DNA of 64,000 nt, from positions 128,001 to 192,000 of the forward strand of contig CAVZSV010000006.1 in assembly GCA_963778115.1 (NCBI GenBank), given 5' to 3'. Both the position numbers and the translations under genes were made by a program. Below are positions 48,338 to 60,075 of this stretch, piece by piece. Origin of the DNA: an uncultured delta proteobacterium. Its GTDB lineage: Bacteria > Bdellovibrionota > FAC87 > UBA2466. Each line of letters begins with the position of its first letter. Position 1 is the stretch's first letter. The notes beneath the pieces are model-generated. The model saw only the letters and a program-made list of their open reading frames with translations, was not told the DNA's origin and searched no databases.

Positions 48338-49306
48338 CTAGTTTCTTAGGCATAGCTCGGGTTTTTTAAACCCCTGATACACACCGATCGCATTTGCCCA
48401 TTTCAGTCGTACGATCCACGGAAGATAGAGCCAAACCGAAGGATTGCGGCGGGAGAATTGGATGAGGATGAGTAGGGTATTGAGGGCCGCGATGACAGGA
48501 ACGAGTAGGGCTGCCAGAGATTTGAATTTGAGTCTTCTTAGAAATCCGTAATAGCCACCCTGAGGTTGAAGCGAAAGGGTATAAGAGTGAAGTCCCCAGC
48601 GGTAGTGATGGCGGCACGCGGCGGTTAGTTCATTGCGATCGATGTGAGTTACGACAATATCGGATTTCATCCAAAGCAGTAACCCCGCCATCCGGGCTTT
48701 GCGGCAGAAGGCGACATCTTCGCCGGTAGCAAGCTTCTCGTCGAAAAAACCTATGGTGTGGAAAGTCTCGCTCTTAATGCTCATATTGGTAGACGACAGG
48801 TGCATCCGTACCGTTCCAGAATTAGAGTAGGGAACAGCGGTGAACCATGAACAAAATCCGTCTGCTTTTCCGACGGCGGTCTCGGCACTCCCTTGAATCG
48901 CCCCTCCCATGATGTGCACATCGGGGAAATTTTGGTGGAACAGCAAGTGGTTTTCGATCCAATTCGCAGGCACGCGACAGTCACTGTCCAATAAAATAAC
49001 GAGATCAGCCCCATCAGAGAGTGCTTTTTGAATCGCTTGATTGCGCGCGGCCGATGGGCCTTGGTTTTTTTTAAGCTCTAGTAGAGTAACAGGAAGATTT
49101 TTCTTAAGGGTAAGTTCTCGCACGAGCCTTACCGTGCGATCCGTACTCCCGTCATCCACGACGTAAATGGAAAAGTAAGGGTAGGTTTGCTTGGCTAGTG
49201 CTTTAAGCCAACCCTCGACGTGGGCCTCGTTGTTATAAAACGGACCAATAACGGCTATCTTGCTGTCAGCGACAAAATCGGCTCTGGGAAGCGCATTAGC
49301 GGGCAA
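48338..49306 (-). CDS. Glycosyltransferase family 2
   Basis: PFYN, VVDDGSTD, NQGPSAARN, LDSDC, GED; TTG start near 49306 inferred from the RBS. Confidence 0.88.
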   Translation of the reverse strand: MPANALPRADFVADSKIAVIGPFYNNEAHVEGWLKALAKQTYPYFSIYVVDDGSTDRTVRLVRELTLKKNLPVTLLELKKNQGPSAARNQAIQKALSDGADLVILLDSDCRVPANWIENHLLFHQNFPDVHIMGGAIQGSAETAVGKADGFCSWFTAVPYSNSGTVRMHLSSTNMSIKSETFHTIGFFDEKLATGEDVAFCRKARMAGLLLWMKSDIVVTHIDRNELTAACRHHYRWGLHSYTLSLQPQGGYYGFLRRLKFKSLAALLVPVIAALNTLLILIQFSRRNPSVWLYLPWIVRLKWANAIGVYQGFKKPELCLRN

Positions 49307-50312
49307 GTTCAACTCCCGTGAGAAGGGGTTTATAACTTGCGGGTCGGTATAAAATGCTATCGAGCATGGCGCAGTTATGAGTACAGTGACAGCGCTTTTC
49401 TCGAATGAATTTACGTTGGGCTTCGATGGCGGGGCCAGTCCAAATCTGCTCCCATGTCGATTGATTGATGTTGCCGATGGGAGGCAGCATTTCACAAGAA
49501 CTGACATCTCCGTTTCCCATCACGACGGCGTGTGCTTTGCCCGCGAGACAGGGAATTACCTGAGTCTTTTGTTCAATGGTCGAAAGGCTGATGTTCCAAA
49601 GATAGCGATGGTAGTTGCGAAGCATCCGGCTAGTGACAGAACTTTGTCCGTAGTCATATTGCCCTAAGATAGAAAAGATCTTTTCCTGAGCTTGGCGCAA
49701 TTCGTTTAGCGGAGGAAGTCCGAAACTGGGGTCCAAAGGAGTTCCCCGCAACAGGATGATGGAATGAAAATCAGGCTTCTGGGTGAGTACATATTCCATT
49801 AGTGGAATCATCTCGTGGAAATTCTCTTTGCACAGAACGGTATTAATCTTTACTTTAACGCCCGGGATTTGACGCAAGCGGTGAAATGACGTCCAAAGTT
49901 TATCCCAACTCCCTTCCTCTCGAATCCGGTCATGGGTTTCTTTAAGGCCGTCGACGCTAATTGCGATCGTTAGCTCGCCATTAATGCGGTTTCGAATCTT
50001 TTGAGTCATTTCCACCGTGCGATCGACCAGAAAGCCGTTGGTCGGTATGGTCATGACTTCCGCTTTGAAGGAAGCGCAGATTTCAACGATATCTTTTCTT
50101 AAGAAGGGCTCGCCACCGCCGATATCCAGCCAAAACATAGGGCCAACCTCTTTGCCCAGCTGCTGATATTTCTCCAAAGGCAAGTCTCGCTTTGGGGAGA
50201 AATCAATGAAGCAGTGTTTACAGCGAAAATTGCAGTGATTGGTAACGTGAACAATGAGGTGTTTCAGATTTTGACGAAACTGAAAATCGGCAAAGTGTGT
50301 GAGGAACATCAT
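49296..50312 (-). CDS. Radical SAM protein with SPASM/twitch domain
   Basis: CNFRCKHC, GGGEPF, ISVDG, CLAG...GDVSSCE, CHCTHNC. Confidence 0.9.
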   Translation of the reverse strand: MMFLTHFADFQFRQNLKHLIVHVTNHCNFRCKHCFIDFSPKRDLPLEKYQQLGKEVGPMFWLDIGGGEPFLRKDIVEICASFKAEVMTIPTNGFLVDRTVEMTQKIRNRINGELTIAISVDGLKETHDRIREEGSWDKLWTSFHRLRQIPGVKVKINTVLCKENFHEMIPLMEYVLTQKPDFHSIILLRGTPLDPSFGLPPLNELRQAQEKIFSILGQYDYGQSSVTSRMLRNYHRYLWNISLSTIEQKTQVIPCLAGKAHAVVMGNGDVSSCEMLPPIGNINQSTWEQIWTGPAIEAQRKFIREKRCHCTHNCAMLDSILYRPASYKPLLTGVELAR

Positions 50313-50367
50313 GCCCTCGAAGTTATGACTGCTTGTTATGGAGTATTCTTATTCTACCATGACTCCC

Positions 50368-52254
50368 TCATCCGGTTTTCTTCTTAGCCAGCGGAGGGGG
50401 AGGGGGTAATTTCGAATTTTTTGCGCCTCCTGGAGACGGGGGGGCTGAGCCAGCCGGTGAATGTGAAGCAGGGGGCCGGGGGGCCGGCACTGCGGGCGTC
50501 GCCTGTGAATGTCCCGCGAGGTTAGCGCCAAAGGTCAAGACTTTAGGGGCTGCCGGCGCTGGAACTACTGATTTTGGAGCGGTTTGATTCTTGAAGGTCG
50601 ATCCCCCCAGAGGAAAAGAGGGAGTCGGTGCCTTAAGCGGTTGAGAGACAGGTAGCGTTGCCGACGCTGACGGTTCTTCAGTGGGAAGTTCTATCTCCAT
50701 TGCCGTGGAAGTCGCTAGGTCCTCTTGAGAATCCAGATCTGCCTCGTCGAGGTGAAACGAGCTCTCGTTCATAGGGACTCCGTGCTCGGGTCCTTCCTCT
50801 TCAACGGTGAGCACATTAAATTCAAGATCGGGTGCGGACGCTTCCGGCTCCTTGGTCGACTCTGCGGCGGAGTCCTCTGGTAAGCTTAGCTCAGAATCCT
50901 GAGCCTCAGGTGCCGGGGCGGCCGAAGGTACCCTAAAACTGGGAGTGGGCTTAGGTGTTGCCAAAGGAACTGCTGGGAGTGACGGTGCTTGTTTAAACGC
51001 GGGTACTGCCTTTAAGTTGGTTGGGGCCTGTGGCGGAGCCATTGGTGCCGTTGCCGGTATTTTTGAGGCAACGTTCGGTAAAGGCATTTTTGGAGCCTTC
51101 ATCGCCGGCATCAGAGGTTTTGAAGGCGCATGGCTTCCCATAGGTTGAGCGCTGAGCTGCTCAAAACCGTCGAATGGTTTTGAAGCGGGCTTGATGGAAC
51201 TCAGGGTTTTCGCGACAACTCCGTTGGGCTCTTCGACGTGGCTTAGCGCTTCATCGGCGGAGACCACTCCTTTTTGCACCAACTCTAAAATATGTTGTTC
51301 CATCAATAGCATGCCTTCTTTACGTCCGGTCTGCATGCTAGAGGCCATTTGAAAGGTTTTTCCCTCTCTTATGAGATTCGCGATGGCGTGATTTACCACT
51401 AAAATCTCGAAGGCGGCGACTCGCCCCTTGCTATCGGCTCGCTTGAGAAGGGCCTGGCTAACGACGCCAACCAACGATTCCGCAAGCATGGTACGGATCA
51501 TGGCTTGTTGATTCGCCGGAAAGGAATCGATAATGCGATCTACTGAGGCACCGGCACCTCGCGTATGGAGGGTCCCGAAAACCAAATGGCCTGTCTCGGC
51601 GGCGGTAAGCGCAAGTGAAATCGTTTCAAGGTCTCGCATTTCACCCACAAGAATGACGTCAGGATCTTCACGCAGAGCATACTTTAAAGCGTCGGCGAAG
51701 CTAGGACAGTTGGCCCCGATCTCTCTTTGATTAATTAAAGACTGCTTGCTTTCGTGAACGAACTCCACCGGATCTTCGGCAGTTAGGATGTGATACTGAA
51801 AATTGGAGTTGATGTAATTGATCATCGCCGCCAGGGTAGTCGATTTTCCGGAACCTGTGGGTCCCGTTACCAGGACCAATCCTTTGGGACTTTCCGATAG
51901 CTTTCGGATAACAGGTGGAAGTCCCAGATCCTCGAGAGTGGGAATTTTAAAAGGAATCGAACGCATCACCGCAGCCACTCCCCGTCTCGTCCAGAAAACG
52001 TTAACGCGGAAGAAGCCGCAACCATCCACTCCGTAGCTCTTGTCTAGATTTCGATTACTGAGACATTTTTTTCGCTCAGGTTCGGAGAGAATTTCAAAAA
52101 TTAGTTTCTGCAAGGCTTCGTCGCTGTATGGGTGGGAGTCGAGGGCCACTAAGTCCCCGTCGATGCGCATTCTGACCGGCTCACCCGCAGATAGGTGCAA
52201 ATCGGAAGCCCTTTTCTCGTAGGCGGCTCTAAATAATTTGTCTATCTCAGCCAT
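50368..52254 (-). CDS. pilT: PilT/PilU type IV pilus retraction ATPase with long Pro-rich disordered C-terminal tail
   Basis: ASDLHL, GPTGSGKSTT, EDPVE, ALREDPDVILVGEMRD, GTLHT, IANLIREGK. Confidence 0.9.
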   Translation of the reverse strand: MAEIDKLFRAAYEKRASDLHLSAGEPVRMRIDGDLVALDSHPYSDEALQKLIFEILSEPERKKCLSNRNLDKSYGVDGCGFFRVNVFWTRRGVAAVMRSIPFKIPTLEDLGLPPVIRKLSESPKGLVLVTGPTGSGKSTTLAAMINYINSNFQYHILTAEDPVEFVHESKQSLINQREIGANCPSFADALKYALREDPDVILVGEMRDLETISLALTAAETGHLVFGTLHTRGAGASVDRIIDSFPANQQAMIRTMLAESLVGVVSQALLKRADSKGRVAAFEILVVNHAIANLIREGKTFQMASSMQTGRKEGMLLMEQHILELVQKGVVSADEALSHVEEPNGVVAKTLSSIKPASKPFDGFEQLSAQPMGSHAPSKPLMPAMKAPKMPLPNVASKIPATAPMAPPQAPTNLKAVPAFKQAPSLPAVPLATPKPTPSFRVPSAAPAPEAQDSELSLPEDSAAESTKEPEASAPDLEFNVLTVEEEGPEHGVPMNESSFHLDEADLDSQEDLATSTAMEIELPTEEPSASATLPVSQPLKAPTPSFPLGGSTFKNQTAPKSVVPAPAAPKVLTFGANLAGHSQATPAVPAPRPPASHSPAGSAPPSPGGAKNSKLPPPPPLAKKKTG

Positions 52255-52425
52255 TTAGTGCCCCTTACGTTGGTTACCTTTTGATTTTTGGGCCTCAGCG
52301 AATAAACCGTAATGATTTTTCATGAAAAGATAGACGGCGTAGTATCCCAGTGGGATCACGATGACCGCTAAAATTACGGAGTAAATTTCGGCATATTGAA
52401 AACAATGATCGAGAAAGGCCAGCAT
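52255..52425 (-). CDS. Small single-TM membrane protein (56 aa), not in the ORF track
   Basis: MLAFLDHCFQYAEIYSVILAVIVIPLGYYAVYLFMKNHYGLFAEAQKSKGNQRKGH; purine-rich RBS; its stop directly abuts the pilT ATG. Confidence 0.7.
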   Translation of the reverse strand: MLAFLDHCFQYAEIYSVILAVIVIPLGYYAVYLFMKNHYGLFAEAQKSKGNQRKGH

Positions 52426-52526
52426 ATTTTTCCCTTCCTTGAGATTCGGCGGTAAAGCTTCTTTTTCTTATCGGAATAATGAAATTAGTTCGTTAGACCC
52501 TAAGCGTTATTGAGATCCCTATCGTT

Positions 52527-53987
52527 CTAAACATAAACATCCCTTTGAATCATGGGCACTAAGCGATAGCGAATAAGCATCATCACGGTCAGTACTAGGA
52601 CCATGCCGTTAATGATGCTAGCTAAATCCAACCCATAATTTACGAACGGCAAAAGAAAACAGATGAAAGTAAAATAGGAGAAGTTTCCCAGGTAATAAAA
52701 GGAGATCACTTCAAAGAGTGCCACCATGCTGCCAAAAAGCAGAGCTACGGAATAAAGACCGAAGTAACCAAAATTCATATACCCTTCGCTTAGGAAATTA
52801 AACCCGACGCTGGTTTCATAATCGTCGCTGGAAAGAAATCCGTACATTCTTCCAAATTTATTCCACAGATCCCGTGAAGGTTTTCCCGGCCACATGAATC
52901 GGGGAATAAAAATATAAGGAATGTGTGTATAAGTCTCTCCGTTCCAAAAGGGGACTCGGCTGGGGGTATAGGCCAAGACTCTTTCCAACGAGTCATCTCC
53001 TATGCGAGCAAAACCTCGAGACAGCGAACCTTCCACATCGGGGCCAGCTTCGTCTCCGTCTTCATCCTCGGTATCGTTGGAATCGAGACTGAAATACTCC
53101 GTCTTGAATGAATTCAAGAGTTCGCTTTTTCCGCCTGAAAATTTCCATACCAAAAGGTCGCCCAAAACTTCCGCTTCTTCCACTTTATTGAGCGAATTGT
53201 TACGGGAAATAATTCGATATTCTGCTTTTACGCTCTGAAGTGCCACACCCGATAATGTCAAAATTCCCAGCAGGAGAAAGTTAGCGCTTCTCCACTGCAT
53301 GAAAGAGATCATAAAGAAAAGGGAGGCCACCGAGCCCAGAGACGCTAAAGAGCCGTACTCCAAGTAAGAGTAAAAAGAGGAAGCGAAGAGAACCGCTTTC
53401 ATCCAACGTTCTAGAAGCGGGTATTTAGTCTTGGCACAAAAGATTAAGCACAAAGCTGCATAGGAAGTGAGCAAGTGGATAACGTAAAAGCTGTAGGGAA
53501 TCTCTCGTGCGATAAAGGGCTGGGTGAAGGCATAAATTCCAAGCCAGGTATACATGCGAGGGGAAACTTCTAAGAAATGGAAATTCTTCGTTTTGAAGTT
53601 TTCACGCAGCAAAAGCGTTCGGACGATGTAATAGGCAGCGATGATCAAGACACTGCAGAAGACCATTTCTCGAATGGCGTTTAGGGCAATTTCCGGCACT
53701 TTCAGCGATTTATCGATGTTCATGAGCAAGTTGTATTTGGCCACGGAGTACACGACGAAGTGGTTGAGCATCACGAATACGATAAAGTTAAACTCTTTGC
53801 GTGTGAGAACCAAAATGGCTGGCGTTAACTGCACGAGCATCAAAAGCCCTAATAGCGAGAAGCCTGACGTATCGTCGCCTAAGTTGATAAAACAGCGAAC
53901 GTAAAGCAAAAAAAGTACGAACGAGATCCCAAGGGTAATGAGGTTGAGGTAGGGCGAGATTTTCGCTCTTTGAGTTGCCTGGCTCAC
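52527..53987 (-). CDS. Polytopic membrane protein, Wzy/O-antigen polymerase-like
   Basis: About 11 TM segments; FIPRFMWPGKP and EGYMNFGYFG motifs. Confidence 0.7.
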   Translation of the reverse strand: MSQATQRAKISPYLNLITLGISFVLFLLYVRCFINLGDDTSGFSLLGLLMLVQLTPAILVLTRKEFNFIVFVMLNHFVVYSVAKYNLLMNIDKSLKVPEIALNAIREMVFCSVLIIAAYYIVRTLLLRENFKTKNFHFLEVSPRMYTWLGIYAFTQPFIAREIPYSFYVIHLLTSYAALCLIFCAKTKYPLLERWMKAVLFASSFYSYLEYGSLASLGSVASLFFMISFMQWRSANFLLLGILTLSGVALQSVKAEYRIISRNNSLNKVEEAEVLGDLLVWKFSGGKSELLNSFKTEYFSLDSNDTEDEDGDEAGPDVEGSLSRGFARIGDDSLERVLAYTPSRVPFWNGETYTHIPYIFIPRFMWPGKPSRDLWNKFGRMYGFLSSDDYETSVGFNFLSEGYMNFGYFGLYSVALLFGSMVALFEVISFYYLGNFSYFTFICFLLPFVNYGLDLASIINGMVLVLTVMMLIRYRLVPMIQRDVYV

Positions 53988-54187
53988 GAAAGTCCTTTTT
54001 CGATAAGAGACTGCAATTATTTATCGGCAAAAACCTATTCTTTATAAAGTTTTAGTCGCGAAAAGTGGCTGTAAGACGCGGGCCGCTAAACGGCTTGTTT
54101 CATTGTGGCCTGAGCTGAAGACGGATTGCATTTCACGGACAAACCCTGGAAAATCATAAACACACCGATCAAAAGAGGGAAGAAGCG

Positions 54188-55585
54188 ATGATGTGGAGCG
54201 TTATCTTATTGTTCTGCACGGGATATCTCGCCTTTGTGTTTCCTCTGGCCTATTTTCGAGGCGACGATTGGCTCATCTTGGGTAATGCAGCACTTCAACT
54301 TCCGCAAGATTGGAAGTTTCTTTGGAGGCCCACTCTTTTTTATTCCGGAAACGAAGTGGTTTGGTTCTTTCGGCCGTTTTTTAAATTGGGGACCTATCTC
54401 TTTTACAAAGCTTTCGGCTATCACTATTATTCCTGGCTCGTTGCGTTACTGGCCCTGTGTGTGGCAGGTCTTTATTTTGCCGCGCTGACGGCCTTTCGTC
54501 TGACCGGCTCTCGATCTCGGTCGTATCTCTTTCTAGCGCTTTTCTGTACAGCGATCCCCTTTCATATGGGAAGCCTCGCTTGGATGGGAGAGGGGATGAT
54601 GAACTGTCCTCAACTCTTTTTACTGGCGCTTAGTTGCTATCTTTTTGTAGAAGCCCACTTAAAGACAGGAAAAATCGAAAAGAGATCCCTGCTTGAGTTA
54701 GGCTCTCTATTTGCTTTCATTATTTCGCTGGGGTTTAAGGAGTCGTCAGTATTTCAGCCGGGATTATTAGTGTGCTTGCTTTGGAAATCTCCGAGTTTTG
54801 ATTATCTTTCCCTCCGTAAAAAGGTTCGAGCCGCCACTCCCCATCTTGCCATTGCTTTAGCGTTTCTGGTTTTTCGCCTCCGGATGGAATTTCATCCCGG
54901 CTACGAGCCGGGAAAGCACATTTTGTTTTTCATAAAGCCCCTAGCGATGCTGGCGGCACTTCCCGCCGGAATCACGATTCTCTATGGGTGGCTTTCCCGG
55001 AAAACCTTTACCGTTTCAAAATCAGCGCTGATCGCTTTATGGAAACAAGGTTGGCCGTACTTGGGGTTTATGGCCGTCGTGGTGGCTCCTTATTTGGGGC
55101 ATGGATTCTTTTCGCTGGGATGGATGCTTCTGCCAGGATTCTATTTTTGCTTCTTAGTTGCGATCGTTGCGCCCGGGTTTGAGGGCTGGGCAACGCAAGA
55201 GAGGCGTTTTTTAGTGGGATCTACATTAGCCATTTCGCTCTTACCCGTTCTTTTCGTGATGAATCAGATCGCATGGCCCGAATGGCAATCTTCAGAACAG
55301 AGGATAAAAACTATTTTTGATTCGCTCTCTTCCGAGGACGTAAAACAAATTGTGGTTTATGGCTGTACCAACCCAAAGTATCCCGAAGCTCCTTTTAAGC
55401 GGGTGATCGGATTTGAGGCGGGACTTTATAATTTATGGGCGATGGGCCATGATACGAGGGTTCCGGTAAAGGTCTGGGGCTGTTTGCCTAAAGAAGCGAT
55501 TCATCCCTCAAACGAAGATACCTTGACGTTACGTTGGGAGTTTCCTGACTGGGAAATGATCCATGTGCCCGGTCAGCACTTCGCT

Positions 55586-55603
<18 letters not shown>
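54188..55603 (+). CDS. Polytopic membrane protein, GT-C glycosyltransferase-like
   Basis: RGDDW after TM1, FFRP, KES; many TM segments. Confidence 0.6.
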
Positions 55604-56091
<488 letters not shown>

Positions 56092-56092
<1 letters not shown>

Positions 56093-57582
56093 TAGCGCAG
56101 CGCCTCCTCTCGGCCGATTGATTTCCAGCGCGAGGTCTCTTCATCCAAGAATTTTCCGCCCTTAAACTCTTTTGTAAATGCGGAAACGGCACTAGCGATC
56201 ATTGCCATTCGAGCCTCTTCCTCGTCAGGTGTTCGCTCTTTATAGTTAAAGTCATCGCCGATAAGGCGCGTAGTATAATCACCGGCAACAAACTTGGGTG
56301 CGTCCAACAACTGAAGGTGCAAAGGAACGTTGGTCTTGATTCCATTCATAACGGTGTCGCACAAGGCTGCTTTACCGCGCGCGATAGCTTCACTTCGGTT
56401 TCGTGCGTGGACCGAAATCTTGGCAATCATCGAATCATAGAAGACGGGAATTTCGTATCCACGATAAAGGTGCGAATCCACTCGCACGCCCACCCCTTTG
56501 GGAAAAGTAACGCCGGTGATAAGCCCTGATTGGGGCAAGAATTTTTCCGGGTCCTCGGCGCAGATTCGAAATTCGATGGCATGGCCGCGTACCTGGACTT
56601 CCGATTGTTTGAACGATAATTTATCTCCAAACGCTACATTGATCTGTTCTCGCACTAAATCGATGCCGGTGATCCACTCGGTCACAGGATGCTCGACCTG
56701 AAGGCGCGTATTCATTTCCATGAAATAGAAGTTTTGTTTTTCGTCGACCAAAAATTCTAAAGTACCTGCATTGACATACTTAATTTCCCGCACCGCTTTC
56801 ACGGCGGCGTCACACAGCTTGGTTCGTGTCTCTTCGCTGATGAAAGGGCTAGGACTTTCTTCAATCACTTTCTGGTGTCGCCGCTGGACGGAACATTCCC
56901 GTTCGAAGAGGTGGACAACATTGCCGTGCTTGTCGGCAATGATCTGAACTTCGATATGGTGAGGGGAGGTGACGTATCTTTCTAAATAGAGCCTTCCGTC
57001 GGCGAATGCCTTTTGGGCTTCCGAAGAGGCCCGTCTAAAGAGGTTGAGAAACTCGCCTTCGTTCATTACAAGCCGCATTCCGCGGCCGCCGCCGCCGGCA
57101 AGAGCTTTGATCATCAAAGGGAAGCCAATGTCTTTGGCGAATTTAAAAGCTTCGTTTTCGTCTGTCAGCCCCTCTTTGGTTCCCGGAACCAAAGGAAGCC
57201 CGACCTTCGACATAGTCCGTCTGGCCATTACCTTGTCGCCCATCATGGCGATGGATTCACTGGAAGGGCCTACGAAGATCATGCCGTTCGCTTCGACGGC
57301 TTTGGCGAACTCGGCCTTCTCCGAAAGAAATCCGTAACCGGGGTGCACCGCATCGGCCTGCATTGCTTTGGCCGCTTTCATGACCGATTCGATATCGAGA
57401 TAACTATGGATAGAAGGGCCGTCGCCGACGCATACCGCGTAGTCGGCTTTTGCGACATGCATGGACCTGCGATCCGCTTTCGAATAGATAGCAAGGGGAA
57501 TGTGGCCCATCTCTCTAAGAGCCCGAATGACTCTAAGAGCTATCTCCCCTCGATTCGCGACTAGAATTCGTTTTGGTTTCAT
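56092..57582 (-). CDS. accC: Biotin carboxylase subunit (acetyl/propionyl-CoA carboxylase)
   Basis: ANRGEIA, HPGYGFLSE, GGGGRGMR, RECSVQRRHQK, EMNTRLQVEH. Confidence 0.95.
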
Positions 57583-57611
57583 ATCACCACCTACCTCGTA
57601 CTAGTTTCGCG

Positions 57612-59162
57612 TCAGAGGGGAATATTTCCGTGTTTCTTCGCGGGCATTCTGTCTCGCTTGCCCTTGAGCATCTCTAGGGCATGGATCAACTTCGCCCGGG
57701 TGTCTTCGGGGGCGATAATCTCGTCGATGAATCCAAGCTCGGCCGCCTTGTACGGAGTGGCAAAGGTCTCCGTGTATTCCTGTACCAGCCGCTGTTTTTC
57801 CGTGTCTGGATTCTGTGCCTTTTGGAGCTGGCTACGATGGATAATGGCCACCGCGCCGTCGGGTCCCATCACAGCGATCTCTGCCGAGGGATACGCGTAA
57901 TTGATGTCAGCTCGAAGATGCTTGGAAGCCATCACGTCGTAGGCGCCGCCGTAGGCTTTGCGTACAATAAGCGTAATCTTGGGGACTGTCGCTTCCGCAT
58001 AGGCATAAAGAAGTTTCGCCCCGTGTTTAATGATGCCGCTGTATTCCTGTTCGGTCCCGGGCAAGAATCCAGGAACATCAACAAAGGTCACAATGGGGAT
58101 ATTGAAAGCATCGCAGAAACGTACAAAGCGTGCGCTTTTTAGCGAAGCATTGATATCTAAGCAGCCCGCTAGGATTTTGGGCTGATTGGCCACGATGCCG
58201 ACGCTTCGGCCGTTCAATCGGGCAAATCCGACGACGATATTCTGAGCGAAGTCTTTTTGGACTTCAAAAAAGTACCCGTCGTCTACCACGGTCTCAACGA
58301 TGTCCTTAATGTCGTAAGGATGTCGTGGATTTTCCGGAATAACCGTTTTGAGTTTGGGCTCTTGTCGTAAAATGGGATCGTTAGTGCGAACTATAGGCAC
58401 ATCGTCCACATTGTTCGAGGGTAAATAGCTCAAAAGCTCGCGGATAAGGAGCAACGTCCCTTTTTCGTCTTCAGCGGAAAAATGGCAGACGCCACTTCGA
58501 GTACTATGGGTGACGGCACCGCCTAGATCTTCCATGGAGACCTCTTCATGGGTCACCGTTTTGATGACGTCGGGGCCGGTCACAAACATGTAACTCGTCT
58601 TTTTCGACATGAAAATAAAGTCGGTAATGGCTGGGCTATAAACAGCACCTCCCGCGCAGGGGCCTAAGATCGCCGAAATTTGCGGGACGACTCCTGAAGC
58701 CATCGTATTGCGCCAAAAAATCTCAGCATAGCCACCCAAGGACTCGACCCCTTCTTGGATTCGGGCTCCTCCCGAATCGTTAAGGCCGATCACGGGCTTT
58801 CCGTTTTTCAACGCCAAGTCTAAGAGCTTACAAATTTTCTTGGCTTGGGAGCCTGAAAGAGAGCCTCCAAAGACCGTAAAGTCCTGGGCGTAAACGTAGA
58901 CATGACGCCCTGAAATGGTTCCATAGCCGGTCACGACCCCGTCGCCTAGGAACTTTTTGTCTTCCATTCCGAAATCGGAGCATCGATGAGTGACGAATTT
59001 GTCTATCTCACAGAAGCTGCCTTCATCGAGCAGGAATTGTAACCGCTCGCGGGCGGTCATCTTTCCCCGTTCGTGTTGCTGTTCGATTCTTTCGGATCCC
59101 CCGCCTAATTCGGCTTCAGCGTGCTTACTTTGGAGCAGCTGGAACTTTTCTTCCAAATTCAT
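57612..59162 (-). CDS. pccB: Acyl-CoA (propionyl/methylmalonyl-CoA) carboxylase carboxyltransferase subunit
   Basis: [45 protein letters not shown]. Confidence 0.93.
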   Translation of the reverse strand: MNLEEKFQLLQSKHAEAELGGGSERIEQQHERGKMTARERLQFLLDEGSFCEIDKFVTHRCSDFGMEDKKFLGDGVVTGYGTISGRHVYVYAQDFTVFGGSLSGSQAKKICKLLDLALKNGKPVIGLNDSGGARIQEGVESLGGYAEIFWRNTMASGVVPQISAILGPCAGGAVYSPAITDFIFMSKKTSYMFVTGPDVIKTVTHEEVSMEDLGGAVTHSTRSGVCHFSAEDEKGTLLLIRELLSYLPSNNVDDVPIVRTNDPILRQEPKLKTVIPENPRHPYDIKDIVETVVDDGYFFEVQKDFAQNIVVGFARLNGRSVGIVANQPKILAGCLDINASLKSARFVRFCDAFNIPIVTFVDVPGFLPGTEQEYSGIIKHGAKLLYAYAEATVPKITLIVRKAYGGAYDVMASKHLRADINYAYPSAEIAVMGPDGAVAIIHRSQLQKAQNPDTEKQRLVQEYTETFATPYKAAELGFIDEIIAPEDTRAKLIHALEMLKGKRDRMPAKKHGNIPL

Positions 59163-59196
59163 AGATCGGGAATGGAATCATCGGGCACTATTGATG

Positions 59197-60009
59197 TCAA
59201 GAAATCCGCAGAGATGCATAGGCGACAACGGACCGATAGTCCTTGGTCGTATCGCCGCTGTTTCCATAGGCCAAAAGGTCCCCTTTTGAGGCCTTTAAAT
59301 GGCTGCTTGCGGCGAGAACCGCTGTGGTCGGGATAAAGCCGCACATCGAGATCTCATGTTCCACAACGGAGCGGTAAAGTGACTTGGAGTCTAACGCCTC
59401 GATGGCCTTTAACGCGTACTCGTCCTTTTCGCGGGCTAAATCGGCGCTGATGTAGTGGCTCATGTCGGTGCTCGCGATAATAAGGGCTTCATCCGCTTTA
59501 TGTCTTGAGAACTCAGTGGCAAGGGCTAAGCCTATTTTTTCGCACCGATCTAAATGAAGGGGACCCAGCGTAATCGGAACTATCCGAACGTTTGGATTTA
59601 GATGCTTAAGAAAGGGGAGGTGAACTTCATTGGCGTGTTCATAGAGATGCGCTTCACAGTCGCCCTCATCTTCTGCGCACCGCTCTAGAAATTTTGCCGC
59701 GGCCTCTTCATCGACGGGTACACTCCCCAAAGGGGTATCCCAGCTCCCTTGACTCCATACCGATATTTTTTTTCCCATCCCAGAGTGATTGGGACAGAGT
59801 AAGTAGACGAGATCGGGAATTGCGGTCGACCCATAGGCTATTCCCGCAATTTTGCCCGAGTAAATATAGCCAGCGTGAGGGACGACGATGGCTTTAGCTT
59901 GTGTCTTTTTTTTCTGACCTTGGCAGAAGTCGCTAACCATTTTGGTGAGTTTTTCTGGATCTTTAGGATAGAAAGTTCCCGCAACCGCAGTTTGGCGAAT
60001 CCATTTCAA
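59197..60009 (-). CDS. amrB: AmmeMemoRadiSam system protein B (Memo family)
   Basis: AVAGTFYP, PHAGYIYSG, PNH, EHANEV, STDMSHY, SMCG. Confidence 0.9.
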   Translation of the reverse strand: MKWIRQTAVAGTFYPKDPEKLTKMVSDFCQGQKKKTQAKAIVVPHAGYIYSGKIAGIAYGSTAIPDLVYLLCPNHSGMGKKISVWSQGSWDTPLGSVPVDEEAAAKFLERCAEDEGDCEAHLYEHANEVHLPFLKHLNPNVRIVPITLGPLHLDRCEKIGLALATEFSRHKADEALIIASTDMSHYISADLAREKDEYALKAIEALDSKSLYRSVVEHEISMCGFIPTTAVLAASSHLKASKGDLLAYGNSGDTTKDYRSVVAYASLRIS

Positions 60010-60075
60010 GCGCTGTCTCCCTTCAAAGCTTTCCTACCACAGCGTCTGGCGAGTGTAGATTATTTTGTGCGAGTG